DNA from: Deltaproteobacteria bacterium | GTDB lineage: Bacteria; Desulfobacterota; Desulfobulbia; Desulfobulbales; Desulfurivibrionaceae | Assembly (NCBI GenBank): GCA_013349285.1 | Contig: DUZU01000005.1 | Coordinates: 19,772-83,771 of the forward strand | Direction of reading: 5' to 3' | DNA length: 64,000 nt | Shown: piece after piece, positions 52,354 through 62,861 of the stretch | Layout of the letters: every line of letters starts with the position of its first letter | Position numbering within the stretch: the first letter of the stretch is position 1 | Made by a program: the position numbers and the translations under genes | The notes under the pieces: generated by a model | The model's input: only the letters and a program-made list of their open reading frames with translations | Databases searched by the model: none | What the model was told of the DNA's origin: nothing

Positions 52354-52383
52354 AGAGCCTGCTTATTGCAGGCTCTTTTTTTT
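52354..52383 (+). terminator. intrinsic terminator closing the che operon
   Basis: Perfect 9-bp stem agagcctgc / gcaggctct with a 5-nt loop, followed by a T7-8 run. Confidence 0.9.
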
Positions 52384-52577
52384 GATGCTCATGGCGGATA
52401 AATTTGGGGTGGAGCCGGGAGGGTGATATGGCCGATCGGTTCGCATTCGCCTGAAATATTCAGCAAAATCAGCTGATTTTGTTTGACCTCATGCGCTTTC
52501 TTTCGTAATCTTGATCTTGCTTTGATCATAGTTACTATTTGATTTTTAAATGAAAAAGGACTGAACGAGGAGAAACA

Positions 52578-53612
52578 ATGGCCAATTCTTTTGGAATTAC
52601 CGTCAGTCGACATATTATGGACAGCCAGCGGCTCCATCCGGAGGCGACCGGTGAGTTGTCCGGCCTGTTGAGCGAGTTGATCGTTGCTGCAAAAACCATT
52701 TCCGCCGAAGTGAATATGGCCGGGTTGGCCGATATTCTCGGGATGTCCGGTAAAACCAATATTCAGGGCGAAAAGGTAAAGAAGCTGGATGAATTTGCCA
52801 ACAACACCATTAAGCGGCGCATGGCCAGCTGTGGTTATATCTGTGTGATGACCTCGGAGGAAGAGGCGGACATCATCCCGGTGGCCGATGGTTGCGAGGG
52901 CAAGTATACCCTGGCCTTTGATCCTTTGGATGGCTCTTCCAACATCGATGTCAATGTCAGTATCGGCACCATCTTTTCCATCCATCGGCGCAAATCAGCG
53001 GATAAACCCCCGAGTCAGGGTGATGAGGCCGACCTGTTGCAGAAGGGCAGCGCCCAGATTGCGGCGGGTTATATCATCTACGGCTCCTGTACCATGATGG
53101 TTTTTTCTACCGGTGAAGGGGTGCATGGTTTTACCCTGGACCCCAGCGTCGGCGAGTTTTATTTGTCGCACCCGGATATGAAAATTCCGGAGAAGAGCAA
53201 GTATTACAGTGTTAATGAAGGAAACCGCCGTTATTGGGCCGATGGGGTGAGAAGTTATATCGATTATTTGAAAGAGGAAGACAAGGCAACCGGCCGCCCC
53301 TACAGTGCCAGGTATATCGGTTCCCTTGTCTCTGATTTTCACCGCAATCTCATTACCGGCGGGGTTTTTATCTATCCCTGTGACAGTAAGGACCCGACCA
53401 AACCCTATGGCAAGTTGCGCCTGCTCTATGAGGCCGCTCCCCTTGCCTTTATCGTGGAGCAGGCCGGCGGTCGGGCCATCACCGATGACGGGGTGCGGAT
53501 CACCGATATCATCCCCGACTCACTGCACCAGCGGGTGCCCCTGGTTATCGGCAGCAAGCATGACGTGGATATGTTCGAGAAGTTCATGAATGGCAAGAAA
53601 GAGAAGAAATAA
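52578..53612 (+). CDS. fbp: class 1 fructose-1,6-bisphosphatase
   Basis: 344 aa. [11 protein letters not shown] metal site, [13 protein letters not shown] and GGVFIYP motifs. Confidence 0.95.
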   Translation: MANSFGITVSRHIMDSQRLHPEATGELSGLLSELIVAAKTISAEVNMAGLADILGMSGKTNIQGEKVKKLDEFANNTIKRRMASCGYICVMTSEEEADIIPVADGCEGKYTLAFDPLDGSSNIDVNVSIGTIFSIHRRKSADKPPSQGDEADLLQKGSAQIAAGYIIYGSCTMMVFSTGEGVHGFTLDPSVGEFYLSHPDMKIPEKSKYYSVNEGNRRYWADGVRSYIDYLKEEDKATGRPYSARYIGSLVSDFHRNLITGGVFIYPCDSKDPTKPYGKLRLLYEAAPLAFIVEQAGGRAITDDGVRITDIIPDSLHQRVPLVIGSKHDVDMFEKFMNGKKEKK

Positions 53613-53636
53613 GCCTGCCGGATAAGATCTAAGGAT

Positions 53637-53681
53637 AAAAAAAGCGCCGAATCCGCTGCTTGCGAGTTCGGCGCTTTTTTT
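53637..53681. terminator. bidirectional intrinsic terminator (fbp / glnS)
   Basis: Stem aagcgccgaa / ttcggcgctt, flanked by an A7 run and a T7 run. The glnS stop abuts the T-run. Confidence 0.85.
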
Positions 53682-55368
53682 ATCTGTTCTGGACCTTGGC
53701 CCAGGTGTCGCGCAGGGTCACGGTCCGGTTAAAGACCAGCGCATTCGGCTTTGAGTCCAGTTGGTCGACGCAGAAGTAGCCCTGGCGCTCAAACTGGAAT
53801 TGGCTGCCCGGGTCGGCCGTGTTCAGGCTATTTTCCACGCAGCAGTCGGTGAGAATGGTGAGACTCTCGGGGTTGACAAAGGATTTGAAGTCGGCCCCTT
53901 CTTTATCCGCCCCCGGGTTTTCTTCGGTAAACAGTCGGTCATAGAGGCGAACTTCGGCCTTGACCGAGTGGTTGGCCGAGACCCAGTGGATGGTGCCCTT
54001 CACCTTACGGCCGTCCGGGGCTGAGCCGCCTAAGGTTTCGGGGTCGTAGGTGCAGCGCAGTTCAATCACCTCGCCGGTTGATTCATCCTTGATCACCTCG
54101 TTGCAGGTGATAAAAAAGGCGTAACGGAACCGCACCTCCCGGCCCGGCCCCAGCCGGAAAAATTTGTTGGGCGGCTCCTCCATGAAGTCGCTTTTCTCGA
54201 TATAGAGCTCGCGGGTAAAATGAAGCGGCCTGGTGCCAAGTTCCGGTTTCTGGGGATGGTTTTGGGCGGAAAGTTCCAGTTCTTTGTTTTCCGGAAAATT
54301 GGTGATCACCACCTTGAGCGGTTCCAGTACACCCATCACGCGGGGAGCCGTTTCGTTCAGCTCTTCCCGGACGCAATGCTCGAGCAGGGCAACATCCACC
54401 GTACTTTCGTTTTTGGCAATGCCGATCTTGTCGCAAAAGCTGCGGATGGCGGCCGCCGGGTAGCCTCGGCGGCGGATGCCGGAGATGGTCGGCATCCGCG
54501 GATCGTTCCAGCCCGAAACAAATCCATCGTTCACCAGCTGCAGGAGCTTGCGCTTGCTGACCACCGTGTAGTTGAGGTTCAGCCGGGCGAACTCGATCTG
54601 GCGGGGATGGCAGGGGGCCGGCAGGTTGTCCAGGGTCCAGTCGTAGAGCGGCCGGTGATCGGCAAATTCCAGGGTGCACAGGGAGTGGGTGATCCCCTCC
54701 TGGGCATCGGAGATCGGGTGGGTAAAATCATACATCGGATAGATGCACCATTTGTCGCCGGTCCGGTGGTGGCTGGCCCTTAAAATCCGGTAGAGGACCG
54801 GATCGCGCATGTTGATATTGCCGGAGCTCATGTCGATCTTGGCCCGTAATACCCGGCTGCCGTCGGCAAATTCTCCGTCCCGCATCCTCCGGAACAGGTC
54901 GAGGTTTTCTTCGGGGCTCCGCTCACGGAACGGGCTGTTTTTGCCAGCTTCGGTGAGGGTTCCGCGGTATTCCCGCATCTCGGCCGCGGAAAGATCGCAG
55001 ACAAAGGCCTTGCCTTGCTGGATCAGATGCTCGGCATACTCATAAATCCGATCGAAATAGTCCGAGGCGTAATAAAGGTGCTCGCCCCAGTCAAAGCCCA
55101 GCCAGCGCACATCTTCCTGAATGGCGTTTACATATTCCTGCTCTTCCTTCGAGGGGTTGGTGTCGTCGAAGCGCAGATGGCAGCGGGCGTCGGCATGTTC
55201 CTTGCTGATTCCGAAGTTGAGGCAGATGGACTTGGCATGGCCGATATGGAGATAGCCGTTGGGCTCAGGGGGAAACCTGGTCACGATTTTATCATGTTTG
55301 CCTGATTTCAGATCCTCATCGATAATGGTCCGGATGAAGTCTTGGTGCAGAATCTCTTCGCTGCTCAT
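53680..55368 (-). CDS. glnS: glutamine-tRNA ligase
   Basis: 562 aa. [17 protein letters not shown] (HIGH), VVSKRKL (KMSKS-like), and a C-terminal beta-barrel anticodon domain. Confidence 0.95.
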   Translation of the reverse strand: MSSEEILHQDFIRTIIDEDLKSGKHDKIVTRFPPEPNGYLHIGHAKSICLNFGISKEHADARCHLRFDDTNPSKEEQEYVNAIQEDVRWLGFDWGEHLYYASDYFDRIYEYAEHLIQQGKAFVCDLSAAEMREYRGTLTEAGKNSPFRERSPEENLDLFRRMRDGEFADGSRVLRAKIDMSSGNINMRDPVLYRILRASHHRTGDKWCIYPMYDFTHPISDAQEGITHSLCTLEFADHRPLYDWTLDNLPAPCHPRQIEFARLNLNYTVVSKRKLLQLVNDGFVSGWNDPRMPTISGIRRRGYPAAAIRSFCDKIGIAKNESTVDVALLEHCVREELNETAPRVMGVLEPLKVVITNFPENKELELSAQNHPQKPELGTRPLHFTRELYIEKSDFMEEPPNKFFRLGPGREVRFRYAFFITCNEVIKDESTGEVIELRCTYDPETLGGSAPDGRKVKGTIHWVSANHSVKAEVRLYDRLFTEENPGADKEGADFKSFVNPESLTILTDCCVENSLNTADPGSQFQFERQGYFCVDQLDSKPNALVFNRTVTLRDTWAKVQNR

Positions 55369-55497
55369 AAGTTAACACCTTTTTTTGCCGCGAAACCCAC
55401 GAAAAGACACGAAAGTTTAGTTTTTATTATTTCGTATCAATCATCGGCACAGCTGCCGATGATTGATATGTGGGGTGCGTGGCGAATTTTTTATCTA

Positions 55498-56973
55498 TTA
55501 AAAATATTTTGTCACATTTTTAAGGCGGGAGACAACCACCTCTTGGCCCATCAGCTCGAATAATTCGAACATGCTCGGGCCCTTGACTTGGCCGGTGATC
55601 AGGGCGCGGGAGGCGTTGACCGGGATCCCCACCTTGAGCCCATTTTCCTCGGCAAAATCACGGGCGGCCTGCTCGGCGCTTTGTTGGTCGAAGGGGTCCA
55701 GCGCGGCAAAGCGGTCGGCCAGAATGGGCAACAGCTCTTTGAGTTCCGGGTGTTTGAGCACGTTTTTATTGAGGGCCTGTTCGTCCATGGCAAAGTCATC
55801 GGCAAAGTAGGCGCGGCCAAGGGTGGCAAAATCCTTCAAGGTGTGGAAGCGTTCCCGGCTCAGCTCGAGTACTTTGCAAAACCACTCTTTTTTCTCGTGC
55901 TCATAGGCGTCATCCCAGATGCCCGCTTCGACCAGTTCCTTTTTAACAAAAACGGCCAGCTCTGCAACCGGCATGGCCCGCAGATAATGGGCATTGATGT
56001 TGATCGCCTTGGGATCGGTGAAAAACTTGGGATCATCTTTTTTATGGTTGAAGATCGAGCTTGATTTGTTGATCCGCTCCAGGGTAAAGGCCTCGATCAA
56101 CTCTTCCTTGGAAAAGATCTCCCGGTCGTCGCCGGGGTTCCAACCGAGCAGGACCAGAAAGTTTACCAGGGCCCAGGGCAAAAAGCCGTTTTTCTTGTAG
56201 AATTGCACGGCGACGATCTCGCCATGGCTGCGTTTGGAGATTTTCGCCCCTTTGATATCCATGGTCAGCGGCATGTGGGCAAAGACCGGAATCGGGGCGC
56301 CAAGCGCCTCATAGAGCAGGATCTGGCGGTTGGTGTTATCTTTATGATCCTGGCCGCGGATGATATGGCTGATCCGGTCGCGGATATCATCCACCACGTT
56401 GCAGAGCAGATAGAGGGGTTTGCCGTTGGAGCGGACAATGACAAAGTCAGATATCTCGCTGTAGGCCTGTTCGATCCGGCCCAGCACCTTATCGTTGTAG
56501 CCGACCTTGCCTTGCCGGTCCGGCACCTTGAAGCGAACCACGGCCGGGATGCCGGCCGCTTCTTTTTCGGCCACCTGCTCCGGGGTAAGGTTGCGGCAGG
56601 CGCCGTCATATTTCACCTCTTGTTTGGCGGCCAGGGCCGCCTCTCGTTTGGCGTCGAGTTCTTCCTTGGTGCAGAAACATTTGTAGGCGTGGCCTTCGGC
56701 GATAAGCCGGTTGGCGGCGGCCACATGCTCGCCGGCAAATTCGGTCTGGAAATAAGGGCCTTCATCCCAGTCGATTCCCAGCCATTCCAACCCTTCGATG
56801 ATTCCATCAATGGATCCCTGGGTTGAGCGTTCGACATCGGTGTCTTCAATGCGCAGGATAAGTTTGCCGCCGTGCTTGCGGGCATAGAGCCAGTTATAAA
56901 TGGCGGTGCGGGCTCCACCGATATGGAGGTAGCCGGTGGGGCTGGGCGGGAAACGTAATCTGACCTCTGACAT
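55498..56973 (-). CDS. gltX: glutamate-tRNA ligase
   Basis: 491 aa. RFPPSPTGYLHIGGARTA (HIGH) and KISKRS (KMSKS). Confidence 0.95.
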   Translation of the reverse strand: MSEVRLRFPPSPTGYLHIGGARTAIYNWLYARKHGGKLILRIEDTDVERSTQGSIDGIIEGLEWLGIDWDEGPYFQTEFAGEHVAAANRLIAEGHAYKCFCTKEELDAKREAALAAKQEVKYDGACRNLTPEQVAEKEAAGIPAVVRFKVPDRQGKVGYNDKVLGRIEQAYSEISDFVIVRSNGKPLYLLCNVVDDIRDRISHIIRGQDHKDNTNRQILLYEALGAPIPVFAHMPLTMDIKGAKISKRSHGEIVAVQFYKKNGFLPWALVNFLVLLGWNPGDDREIFSKEELIEAFTLERINKSSSIFNHKKDDPKFFTDPKAININAHYLRAMPVAELAVFVKKELVEAGIWDDAYEHEKKEWFCKVLELSRERFHTLKDFATLGRAYFADDFAMDEQALNKNVLKHPELKELLPILADRFAALDPFDQQSAEQAARDFAEENGLKVGIPVNASRALITGQVKGPSMFELFELMGQEVVVSRLKNVTKYF

Positions 56974-57279
56974 TGTTTTCTCCTTAAAATATGCAGAACG
57001 CAGATGATGTTTGCTGAATTGGCAAATTCCGCGTTTTAAATTTTTTGTTAATATTAATTATAGAATCTGACTTTATATATCGTTTTACCTTGATATTCAA
57101 TAGGATCTTCTTGGAAAATCATGGTTTATTGCCGCCACCGGGCAGGCAAGGACGAAACATTTTGGTGTTTATTTCTGCGTGTATTGATTTATGGCTGAGG
57201 GATATATATAATAAGTTATATAAGATTTTGAAGTTTGATCTTTATTTAGTAGTTGACCCATGACGTCGGAGGTGAAGAC

Positions 57280-57612
57280 ATGATCTTAGATCCTACCGCA
57301 ACCGGTGCTCAAAACAATATCCGTACCGATCGCCCTGAGCCCTATTCCGGCTCGGAACAAGCCAACCGCACTCGAACCCGGCGCCAAGAGTCGAACCAGA
57401 CCAGTGAAGTGTCGCCCGACGTGGTAAACGAGATATCCGCCGCCGCCCTTGAGGCTTCCCGGGCGTTGAGTCAGGCCTCGCAGACCGCTGATCAGAATCC
57501 TCCGGAAGATATGGTGCGCGCTTCTGAGCGGAGGGAGGAGCCGCCGCCCGCCCCACGGGAACAACCGCCGCCGGCCCAAGAGCAACGCAGAAGCATTGAT
57601 CTGGTTGCCTGA
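57280..57612 (+). CDS. hypothetical low-complexity (Pro/Glu/Gln/Arg-rich) protein
   Basis: ATG at 57280 with a GGAGGTG SD 6 nt upstream. 110 aa, predicted disordered. Followed by a good terminator. Confidence 0.4.
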   Translation: MILDPTATGAQNNIRTDRPEPYSGSEQANRTRTRRQESNQTSEVSPDVVNEISAAALEASRALSQASQTADQNPPEDMVRASERREEPPPAPREQPPPAQEQRRSIDLVA

Positions 57613-57632
57613 TAAAAAACGTTGCCGCGCCC

Positions 57633-57672
57633 AGAGGAGGTTGGCTGTAGAGCCGGCCTCCTCTTTTTTTTT
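57633..57672 (+). terminator. intrinsic terminator
   Basis: Stem agaggagg...cctcctct with the inner stem ggct/agcc, followed by a T9 run. Abuts the era stop on the other strand. Confidence 0.75.
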
Positions 57673-57675
57673 GTC

Positions 57676-58575
57676 CTAAAAGCCCAGCTCCCTTAAGAAA
57701 CGGGGGTTGCTGGTCCAGTCTTTTTGCACCTTGACCCAGAGTTTGAGCAGCACCTGCTGATCGAGAAGCGTTTCGATCTCCTGCCGGGCCGCGGTGCCTA
57801 TCTGCTGCAGTTTCTTGCCGCCTTTGCCGATGATGATTCCCTTTTGGGAGCTTCGTTCCACATGAATGGTGGCGTGGATGGTGACAATCTGCTTATTCGG
57901 GTTTTCTTTGAAACTTTCAATGGTTACCGCGGTTGAATAGGGAATCTCCTGGCCGGTCAGGAGGAAGATCTTTTCCCGGATCATTTCCGCCACGATAAAC
58001 CTTTCGGTCACATCGGTGGGGATATCGTCCGGGTAAAGGCGGGGACCGGTAGGCAGCAGTGCGCAAAGTTCTTCGATCAGCAGGTCGGTGCCATCGCCCT
58101 CCATAGCCGAAACCGGCAGAATGGTCTTGAAGTCAAAGAGCTTCTGGTACGCCTCAATGATGGGCAGCAGGTTTTCCTTGTCAACCATGTCGACCTTGTT
58201 GATCAGCAGCACGGTCGGGGTTTTGCAGCCTTCAAGATGTTTGATTGTCGAGGTTTTTGGGTCGGGCAGCGGCATGGTGACATCCACCATGAACACAATA
58301 ACATCGACATCGGCCAGGGAATCAAGGGCGATCTTGACCATTTCCAGGTTCAAGGGATTATGGGCTTTATGGATGCCCGGGGTGTCGAGCATGACGATCT
58401 GATAATCATCGCCGTTGACGACCCCGAGGATACGGTTGCGGGTGGTTTGCGGTTTTGGGGAGACAATGGATATTTTCATGCCCAAAAGGGTGTTGAGGAG
58501 GGTGGACTTGCCAACGTTGGGAGGGCCGACCAAGGCCACCATGCCTGATTTAACTTGTTCTATTGTGTTTTCCAT
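57676..58575 (-). CDS. era: GTPase Era
   Basis: 299 aa. G1 GPPNVGKST, G3 DTPG, G4 NKVD, and a C-terminal KH domain (IIGKGG). Confidence 0.95.
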   Translation of the reverse strand: MENTIEQVKSGMVALVGPPNVGKSTLLNTLLGMKISIVSPKPQTTRNRILGVVNGDDYQIVMLDTPGIHKAHNPLNLEMVKIALDSLADVDVIVFMVDVTMPLPDPKTSTIKHLEGCKTPTVLLINKVDMVDKENLLPIIEAYQKLFDFKTILPVSAMEGDGTDLLIEELCALLPTGPRLYPDDIPTDVTERFIVAEMIREKIFLLTGQEIPYSTAVTIESFKENPNKQIVTIHATIHVERSSQKGIIIGKGGKKLQQIGTAARQEIETLLDQQVLLKLWVKVQKDWTSNPRFLRELGF

Positions 58576-58932
58576 GAGTTCTTTAATTTAAGGTTCAACT
58601 GGATGACGGAAAATATTTCGGTCATCAAAATTAAGGGTGGTTTTACGTAACTCTTGAGGGTGATTCATTTTTCAATGGATTGCTAAATAACAGTTTTTTA
58701 GTGATTTTTCACTTATTATTAGTCCATAATAAAATATATTATATACTAATGGTAACGGTAATTCTTGTTGATATAAGTCAATGGCTGGCGGGATGATGGA
58801 TGATATAGTCAGAGTAATGATACAGTTGTGAAGTTATCTGGAAAAATGGTTGAGTATCAGTGTATCATGTAAGAGTCTATTTGTAGTATTAGCGTACTTT
58901 TTAGTGATGCAAAAAAGGACATTGAGGTTGAT

Positions 58933-60429
58933 ATGAAGATCTTGGTCGTTGATGACAGTCGTTCCATTCGAAAGGGTTTGCGTCAACAGTTGGAAACAAA
59001 CGGCTTTGAGATTCAAGAAGCAGTTGATGGGCTTGATGCGCTAGGCAAGATCAAAGAGTTTAAGCCGGATTTGGTTACCATGGATATCGATATGCCGGTG
59101 ATGGACGGCTTTAAGGCCACCGCGGCTATACGGGAAACCGAGTTCGGCAAGGAACTGCCCATTATTTTTTTAACCAGTCATGACAGCCTTAAAGAGCGTG
59201 AACATGGGTTTTATCTGGGGGCGGTGGAATTTATTTCCAAGTCATCTCCTGCGCCGTGGCAGGAGGTTGTCATGGCTGTTAATCGCATGTTGCGCTGTCA
59301 GGCCTTGCCGGAAAATTTTACGGTATTAGTGGTGGAGGATAATGACGTCACCCGCAGAATACTGGTCAATATCTTTAGTCAGAACGGGTTGCAGGTGCTG
59401 GAAGCCATCAATGGAAGAGAGGGATTGGCTCTTGCGGAAAAAAATCGGGCTGATATTGATCTGGTTATCACCGATTATATGATGCCGGAGATGAACGGCG
59501 GGGAACTTTGCTTAAAACTGCGTAATAATTTGGGCTTTAGGCATACGCCGATTATTTTTCTGAGCGGGGTTAATGAAAAAAGCTGGATTTTGGAGATGTT
59601 TCGCACCGGGGCAACTGATTACATCATGAAGCCTTTTGTCAAGGAGGAGCTGCTCGCCAGGATAAAGGTTCATATGGAGCAGTGGCAATTGGTCAAGGAG
59701 CTGAACTCCACCGTTGCCGAGTTGGAAAAGATGAACAAGCTCAGGGATGAGTTTGTGGGCATGGCCACCCATGATCTGAAAAATCCACTGAACGGGATTA
59801 TGGGTTTTTCCCACCTGATGAAGCAGGATGGTTCTTTGCCTCAAAAACATCATAAAATGTTAGAGACCATCCATACTTCTTCCGTGCTCATGCTCGATAT
59901 TGTTAACGACATTCTTGCCTTAAGCAAATTGGATGCCCATGATGACGACCCGGTAAGCGAGCCTCTTCAGCTGCTGTCCGTTATCAATACAGCGGTTGCC
60001 GGAATCCAGCAGACTGCTTTTAAGAAAGGCGTTGTTCTTGAGGTTGAGAATCTCTGTTCCTGTGATGCCGTTATTGACGGTAATCGTCATGCCTTTCTTC
60101 GTATTTTGAATAATCTTTTATCAAATGCCATCAAGTTTACCCCGGCCAACGGTAAGGTGAGACTTGTGCTGGGAATGGTTGCGGGGAAGGAAGTCTATGT
60201 CTCGGTCGCCGATACCGGGATCGGTATCCCTGAAAGTATGGTGGATAAACTTTTCGACAGGTTTACCAAGAGCGCCAGGAATGGCACCGACGGTGAGGCG
60301 GGAACCGGGCTGGGACTTGCTATTACCAAGCGGCTGGTTGAGAAACTGGCCGGCTCTATTGAGGTAATAAGTAAGGAGGGGGAGGGAAGCAGTTTTCGTC
60401 TGACTTTCCCGTTTTCGTCAAAGGCGTAA
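58933..60429 (+). CDS. cytoplasmic hybrid histidine kinase, REC-REC-HisKA-HATPase
   Basis: Two receiver domains (ILVVDDS...MDIDMP and VLVVEDN...ITDYMMPEMNG). H-box MATHDLKNPL. N, G1 and G2 boxes (LSNAIKF, DTGIGI, GTGLGL). No TM or sensor domain. Confidence 0.9.
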   Translation: MKILVVDDSRSIRKGLRQQLETNGFEIQEAVDGLDALGKIKEFKPDLVTMDIDMPVMDGFKATAAIRETEFGKELPIIFLTSHDSLKEREHGFYLGAVEFISKSSPAPWQEVVMAVNRMLRCQALPENFTVLVVEDNDVTRRILVNIFSQNGLQVLEAINGREGLALAEKNRADIDLVITDYMMPEMNGGELCLKLRNNLGFRHTPIIFLSGVNEKSWILEMFRTGATDYIMKPFVKEELLARIKVHMEQWQLVKELNSTVAELEKMNKLRDEFVGMATHDLKNPLNGIMGFSHLMKQDGSLPQKHHKMLETIHTSSVLMLDIVNDILALSKLDAHDDDPVSEPLQLLSVINTAVAGIQQTAFKKGVVLEVENLCSCDAVIDGNRHAFLRILNNLLSNAIKFTPANGKVRLVLGMVAGKEVYVSVADTGIGIPESMVDKLFDRFTKSARNGTDGEAGTGLGLAITKRLVEKLAGSIEVISKEGEGSSFRLTFPFSSKA

Positions 60430-60781
60430 CAACTTAGTTACGATTTGAAATATTATTTTCTGTTATTGTCGGCAGTTATTCCTCTGTTTTATTGTAGCCC
60501 CGGCCTTGTTTTTTTATCTCTATCATTCCGATACCGAGCTTTCTTGCTCTGCTGCGCGCAAAGAGTATGCCCCGTTTTTTATGGAAATTTGCGATATGTT
60601 ATTAGGGTGTTCTTTTTCCTGTTGATGTCGGCGCGTTGAAAATACGGGATAAGTTAGGTCTTGTTTAAGGTGCTGCAGCTCCTTGATTTTGGGCATTGAC
60701 GAGTTGGGAAAATGATGACAAAGGCATCAATAGCTGGTACACCTTGGCCAAACTTTCCTATTTTTCCCCAAGGCAGCTTAG

Positions 60782-60811
60782 GTTGCTGCCCTCTGTTTTT
60801 TAGCAAATTCA
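60782..60811 (+). terminator. terminator-like hairpin 17 nt upstream of the exoribonuclease start
   Basis: Stem ggcagc / gctgcc with a 7-nt loop, then CTCTGTTTTTT. Confidence 0.4.
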
Positions 60812-60827
60812 ACATAAGAGTATCGGC

Positions 60828-62816
60828 ATGTCGTTGCAGGGTAAGATCATTGAGTATATCGAACAGGGCCGATTTATCTGCGCCATGGTGGTTGAAGACG
60901 GGGCAAAACGGTTACGCCTGGTCAATCAGAATGACCGGGAGGTCAATCTGCCCGTGGCCCGCTTGGTTCATCAAACCAAAGTCTCTTACCCTGCAAAGCT
61001 TGGCCGGAATGAAATGATAAAGTTGCTCAAGGAGACAGACCAGAGGCGGACCTTGATGATGCAGGAGATCTCCCTTGAAGAGATCTGGCAGGTGGTGGTT
61101 GAGGAGCAAGGGCAGAGCTTTACCCCGCAGTTTCTTGCCGGGCTTTCTTTTGGGGATGATGCCGAAGACGATCAGGTTGCCGCTTTTTTACGGATTATTT
61201 TTGTCGATCGCCTTTATTTTAAATATAAAGAGGGCTTGGTTGTCGCTCATTCCGCCGAGGTTGTGGAACAGCTTAAGGCAAAGCAGCAAAAGGAAAAACA
61301 GCATCAAGCCCTGCTCGATCAAGGTGTTGAGAATTTGCGCCGGATGCAGGACGGCAAGGAGCCGGGTGATTGGCCGGAGCGGGAACTCTGTCTGGCCATG
61401 ATCCGCGATTATTATCTGTTCGGCAATGAGGCCGAAGAAAGTGGCCTTGGCCGGGAATTATTGAAAAAGGCCGGTCTGCATCGGCCCCATGATGTTTATC
61501 ATCTTCTGGTTAAGGCCGGCATCTGGCACAAGGATGAAAATGTTGCCCTGCTGCGCTATGACCTTCCGGTGGAGTTTGGCGAGGCGCTTTGTCAAGAGGC
61601 GGCGGTGGCTGAGCCTTCGGCCGCCGAGTTGCTGGCCGCCAAGCGCAAGGATTTTCGCGCCTTACCGCTGCTGACCATTGATGGCTCCGCCACCCGGGAT
61701 TTTGACGATGCCCTGCATATCGAAAAAAGAGGGGACAATTTTCTGGTGGGCATCCACATCTCCGATGTGGCCTATTATGTAAAGCCCGATAGCGCTCTTT
61801 ATCTGGAGGCGTCGAAGCGGATGACCTCCATTTATTTCCCCGAGCGGCAGATCCCCATGCTGCCGCCCCAGCTTTCCGAAGGGGTTTGCAGTCTGATCGC
61901 CGGCAAGGCCAGGCCGGCGATGAGTTTCATGGTCTTGCTCTCGCCGCGGGGCGAGGTGTTGGAGTATGAGATAGTCTCAAGCGTGGTTGAGGTGAAACGG
62001 CAGCTAAGCTATGACGAGTCGGACCAGATGGCTGGTGATGATCCCGAGTTACGGGATCTGGCCAAGCTGGCTGACCAGCTTCTTCGGCGGCGGCTGGAGG
62101 CCGGGGCTCTGATTCTGCCGATTCCGGATGTCAATGTCCGACTCGGTCAAGATAATGCGGTCTCGTTAGTGCTGGCGCCGGTTGACACCCTTTCCCGCAG
62201 CCTGGTGCAAGAATTCATGGTGTTGGCCAACACCCTGGCCGCCGAGTATGTGGCCGACCGGCAGGCCCCCGGCCTTTTCCGGGCCCAGGCCGCTCCGCAT
62301 CAGCGTTTTATCCAAGGCATCGACAAGGATCTTTTTACGATATTCAGGCAGCGTAAGCAACTCAAGCCCGGGGAGCTTCTCACCTACCCCAAGCCCCATA
62401 GCGGGGTCGGCGCCACGCAGTACACTACGGTTACTTCCCCCATCCGTCGTTTTTGGGATCTGGTCATGCAGCATCAGATCGGGACGCTCCTGCTCTGTCG
62501 GGGGCCGTTGTTCAATGAGGATGCGATGCAGGGGGTCATCGGTTTGATGTCAACGGTGATGCCCAAGGTTAATCAGGTCAGGCGCTGGCGGCAGCGATAT
62601 TGGCTGCTGAAATACCTTGAGCCGAAACTGGGAAATCGTTTGCGGGCCCTGATGGTTAATAAGGGGCCGCGGCGGGTCAATCTGGTTTTAGAGGATTGTC
62701 TGCTTGATGTGGATATGCCGCCCAGCCAGGGGATCAATGCCCGGCCGGGCGATATGGTGAGCATTAAACTGGCCAAGGTTGATGCCCTGGACAATGTTTT
62801 GAACTTTGAGTGGTGA
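60828..62816 (+). CDS. RNB-domain 3'-5' exoribonuclease (RNase II/R family)
   Basis: 662 aa. RNB catalytic motifs (IDGSATRDFDDALHIE, YFPERQIPMLP, TSPIRRFWDL) and a C-terminal S1-like segment. Confidence 0.9.
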   Translation: MSLQGKIIEYIEQGRFICAMVVEDGAKRLRLVNQNDREVNLPVARLVHQTKVSYPAKLGRNEMIKLLKETDQRRTLMMQEISLEEIWQVVVEEQGQSFTPQFLAGLSFGDDAEDDQVAAFLRIIFVDRLYFKYKEGLVVAHSAEVVEQLKAKQQKEKQHQALLDQGVENLRRMQDGKEPGDWPERELCLAMIRDYYLFGNEAEESGLGRELLKKAGLHRPHDVYHLLVKAGIWHKDENVALLRYDLPVEFGEALCQEAAVAEPSAAELLAAKRKDFRALPLLTIDGSATRDFDDALHIEKRGDNFLVGIHISDVAYYVKPDSALYLEASKRMTSIYFPERQIPMLPPQLSEGVCSLIAGKARPAMSFMVLLSPRGEVLEYEIVSSVVEVKRQLSYDESDQMAGDDPELRDLAKLADQLLRRRLEAGALILPIPDVNVRLGQDNAVSLVLAPVDTLSRSLVQEFMVLANTLAAEYVADRQAPGLFRAQAAPHQRFIQGIDKDLFTIFRQRKQLKPGELLTYPKPHSGVGATQYTTVTSPIRRFWDLVMQHQIGTLLLCRGPLFNEDAMQGVIGLMSTVMPKVNQVRRWRQRYWLLKYLEPKLGNRLRALMVNKGPRRVNLVLEDCLLDVDMPPSQGINARPGDMVSIKLAKVDALDNVLNFEW

Positions 62817-62818
62817 GT

Positions 62819-62851
62819 AAAAAAAAGGCTGGTCCGCCTTGCGGGCCAGCC
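62819..62851 (-). terminator. intrinsic terminator of the pyrE / zinc-ribbon transcript
   Basis: Stem ggctggtccgc / gcgggccagcc (one G-U pair), followed on the minus strand by a T8 run. Confidence 0.8.
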
Positions 62852-62861
62852 GATAACGGTC

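Noticed and set aside
53680-56973. glnS-gltX tandem as an unusual duplication.
   Set aside because: Both are full-length and clearly distinct class I synthetases (GlnRS versus GluRS motifs and C-domains). This is ordinary housekeeping content.
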